A stretch of 64,000 nt of DNA, taken from Vicinamibacterales bacterium. Its GTDB lineage: Bacteria; Acidobacteriota; Vicinamibacteria; Vicinamibacterales; UBA8438. The stretch lies in NCBI GenBank assembly GCA_965262555.1, contig OZ253543.1:1627997-1691996 (forward strand), in the 5' to 3' direction. Under the pieces are notes generated by a model. That model was given only the letters and a program-made list of their open reading frames with translations. It was not told where the DNA came from and did not search any database. The position numbers and the translations under genes were made by a program. This document shows, piece by piece, positions 61,736 to 64,000 of the stretch. The stretch's first letter is position 1. Each line of letters opens with the position of its first letter.

Positions 61736-62863
61736 ATGAAGATCCTGTTTGCGGGGATCATCGGGCGCTATCCGTTCGGCGGAGTGACCTGGTGCTCGCT
61801 GATGTACCTGTTGGGCCTCCGCGCACTGGGGCACGAGGTGTGCTACCTGGAGGATACCGGCGAGTGCATCTACGACCCCGACGCCGACGCGATCTCGGTC
61901 GACCCCGCCTACGGGACGCGCTACATCCACGAGGCGCTCGCGCCGTTCGGCCTGGGAGACCGCTGGTGCTTTGTCAATTACGACGAGACGTACCACGGCT
62001 GGACGCGCGATCGGCTCCGCAGCTTTTGCCGCGACGCCGATCTGTTTCTCAACCTGTCCGGCGGCTCGTGGTTCTGGCGCGACGAGTACCACGCGATCCC
62101 GCACCGTGCGTTCATTGACTCCGACCCGGTGTTCACGCAGCTCGCGATCGCCAAGCGGGTGCCGTGGTACGTCGAATTCTTCCGTGGCTTCGATCACTTG
62201 TTCACGTTCGGCGCGAACGTCGCCGCGCCGGGCGGGGCGGTCGACGTGCCGACCGGAGAGTTCACCTGGCGGCATACCTGGCAGCCCGTCACCACCGCGT
62301 TGTGGCAGACCGACGCGCCGCCGACGCGCGATCGCTTCACGACCGTGATGACCTGGAAGACGGAGAGTTTCGCCGACATCGACGGCAACAAGGATCGCGA
62401 ATTCGTCCGGTTCATCGATCTGCCGTCGCGCACCGCGGCCCGCTTCGAGATCGCCGTCAACGGTCCGCACGACCTGCTCCGCGCGCATGGCTGGTCGCCC
62501 GTCGACGCGATGCGGATGTCGCGGACCGCCCCCGACTACCGGGGGTTCATTCAGGCGTCGAAGGCGGAGTTCGGCGTCGCGAAGCATGCCTACGTCGCGC
62601 ATCGCTCCGGCTGGTTCAGCGACCGGACCGCCTGCTATCTGGCGGCGGGCCGCCCCGCGGTGGTGCAGGAGACGGGTTGGTCGGATCACCTGCCATGCGG
62701 GGAAGGGCTCCTCCCCTTCTCCACCATCGAGGAAGCGGCCGACGCCGTGGATCGCGTCGAACGCGAGTATGCGGCGCACGCCGCCCGGGCCCGGGAGATC
62801 GCGGTCGAATGCTTCGACGCGGCGCGGGTCCTGCCGCCGCTCCTCGAGCGCGCCTGCGCATGA
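61736..62863 (+). CDS. Putative GT-B glycosyltransferase (CgeB/GT1_2-like C-terminus)
   Basis: GG.TW..L.Y..GL..LGHEV.YLED N-terminus; SK.EFGVAK..Y....SGWFSDR..CYLA.GRP.V.Q.TG. Confidence 0.7.
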   Translation: MKILFAGIIGRYPFGGVTWCSLMYLLGLRALGHEVCYLEDTGECIYDPDADAISVDPAYGTRYIHEALAPFGLGDRWCFVNYDETYHGWTRDRLRSFCRDADLFLNLSGGSWFWRDEYHAIPHRAFIDSDPVFTQLAIAKRVPWYVEFFRGFDHLFTFGANVAAPGGAVDVPTGEFTWRHTWQPVTTALWQTDAPPTRDRFTTVMTWKTESFADIDGNKDREFVRFIDLPSRTAARFEIAVNGPHDLLRAHGWSPVDAMRMSRTAPDYRGFIQASKAEFGVAKHAYVAHRSGWFSDRTACYLAAGRPAVVQETGWSDHLPCGEGLLPFSTIEEAADAVDRVEREYAAHAARAREIAVECFDAARVLPPLLERACA

Positions 62864-62909
62864 CGCGCCAGCGCATGAACGGCGCGGACCGCACGGCCAG
62901 TCCGGTGCG

Positions 62910-64000
62910 TCACCGCGGCGGCTCGAGCTGCGGGTAGTCGATGCCGAGCTGTTCCAGGTACGTGTCGTAGCGCGCCGGGTCGTAGTAGAGCTCTTCGAGT
63001 TGCGGCTGGAATTGCTCCATGATGTCCCGGTTCAGCCAGATCGCCGGCTCGTCCTCGGGGCGCAGGAACGTCGTGTACTGGCGGTCCCTGGTCTGGACGT
63101 TGTCGAAGTAGTCCTGCGCCTGCTGCACGAGCTCCGGCTGGAGGAGGAAGTCGAGCAGGGTCCGCGCCTGCACCCTCGCCCCGGCCGTTGCACCCTTGTG
63201 AGCGATCGGCGTGGCCATGGCGATTCCCTTGTTCCAGTTGTGGCCCGCTCCGCCGGCGATGTTGGACGGGAACCGCAGCGTGGCAGTCGGCACCACCCAC
63301 GAGATATCGCCGATGTCGTCGGAACCGCCGCCGCGCCGCTGGTTGTCGGGAATGTGTTCGGCGCCGTCCAGCGTCTCCGCCACCTCGGTCAGCAGGCCCT
63401 GCTCCTCGACCCCCAGCATCTTCTGGACGGCGCGGGCGAACCGCTGATCGTCCTCCGACCAGTCAGGCATCCCGACCCGCTGGATGTTGGTGAACATCGT
63501 CTCCGCGATCACCCGGTTCATATGCTGCGGCCATGCCACGCCAAGCACGCGCGACGTGACCGTGGTGTCGGTCATCTTCGCGGCCCCTTCGGCCATGGCG
63601 TCGCCGATCCGCCACATGCGCATGATGTTGTCGTAGTCACTCTCGCGGAAGAAATACCAGACGCTGGCCGTCGGCGGCACCACGTTCGGCTGGTCGCCGC
63701 CGTCGGTGATGACATAGTGCGTGCGCTGCTGGATGCGCAGGTGCTCGCGCCGGAAGTTCCAGCCGATATTCATCAGCTCGACCGCGTCCAGCGCGCTCCG
63801 TCCGTTCCACGGGTCGGAGGCGCCGTGCGCCGATTCCCCTTCGAAGGTGTACTCCACCGAGACCAGACCGTTGCCCCGGCTGTCGCCCCAGGTGGTGGTC
63901 AGCCCGCTGCTGACGTGGCTGTAGAGCACCAGGTCGACGTCGTCGAAGACGCCGGCCTGTACGAAGTGCGCCTTGCCCCCGAGCTGCTCCTCGGCGATGC
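62910..64000 (-). CDS. M20 family amidohydrolase (AbgB-like), 5'-truncated by the window
   Basis: AEE motif near the edge, F.G.SAH...PW.GRSALDAVELM, GGDQPNVVP, GGSDDIGD.SW..P, H.W. Confidence 0.88.
   Translation of the reverse strand, partial: IAEEQLGGKAHFVQAGVFDDVDLVLYSHVSSGLTTTWGDSRGNGLVSVEYTFEGESAHGASDPWNGRSALDAVELMNIGWNFRREHLRIQQRTHYVITDGGDQPNVVPPTASVWYFFRESDYDNIMRMWRIGDAMAEGAAKMTDTTVTSRVLGVAWPQHMNRVIAETMFTNIQRVGMPDWSEDDQRFARAVQKMLGVEEQGLLTEVAETLDGAEHIPDNQRRGGGSDDIGDISWVVPTATLRFPSNIAGGAGHNWNKGIAMATPIAHKGATAGARVQARTLLDFLLQPELVQQAQDYFDNVQTRDRQYTTFLRPEDEPAIWLNRDIMEQFQPQLEELYYDPARYDTYLEQLGIDYPQLEPPR

Overview
High-GC, gene-dense bacterial chromosomal segment. Gene content and family style suggest Acidobacteriota, probably Vicinamibacteria/subdivision 6 (inference). 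No rRNA, tRNA, CRISPR array, integrase or transposase was recognised. From left to right: a type II secretion/type IV pilus-like cluster (three prepilins, PilO/N/M, GspE, GspF, lytic transglycosylase) with no secretin in the cluster; a two-gene microcompartment satellite (BMC-H plus acylating aldehyde dehydrogenase); GT2; comM preceded by a consensus sigma54 promoter; M23-secA-guaB; tsaE-nnr; a class IV aminotransferase; gcvTHP; an ECF sigma/zinc anti-sigma/ispH/Spy-CpxP/TolC-MacAB-type envelope operon; doxX, folK, dksA; tesA-ybbAP; a DmpA-CstA-small CC-tailed protein-ArsA/Get3-CstA operon; an exported M4 protease/beta-barrel/beta-propeller group; five paralogs of an uncharacterised secreted family ending in EYACHEGN, interleaved with beta-propeller enzymes; an ABC exporter/glycosyltransferase pair; and a partial M20 amidohydrolase. 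The best candidates for undescribed systems are the EYACHEGN paralog array (51531-59821) and the double-CstA/CC-protein/ArsA operon (40149-46006). All product calls come from motif recognition by eye, with no database searches.
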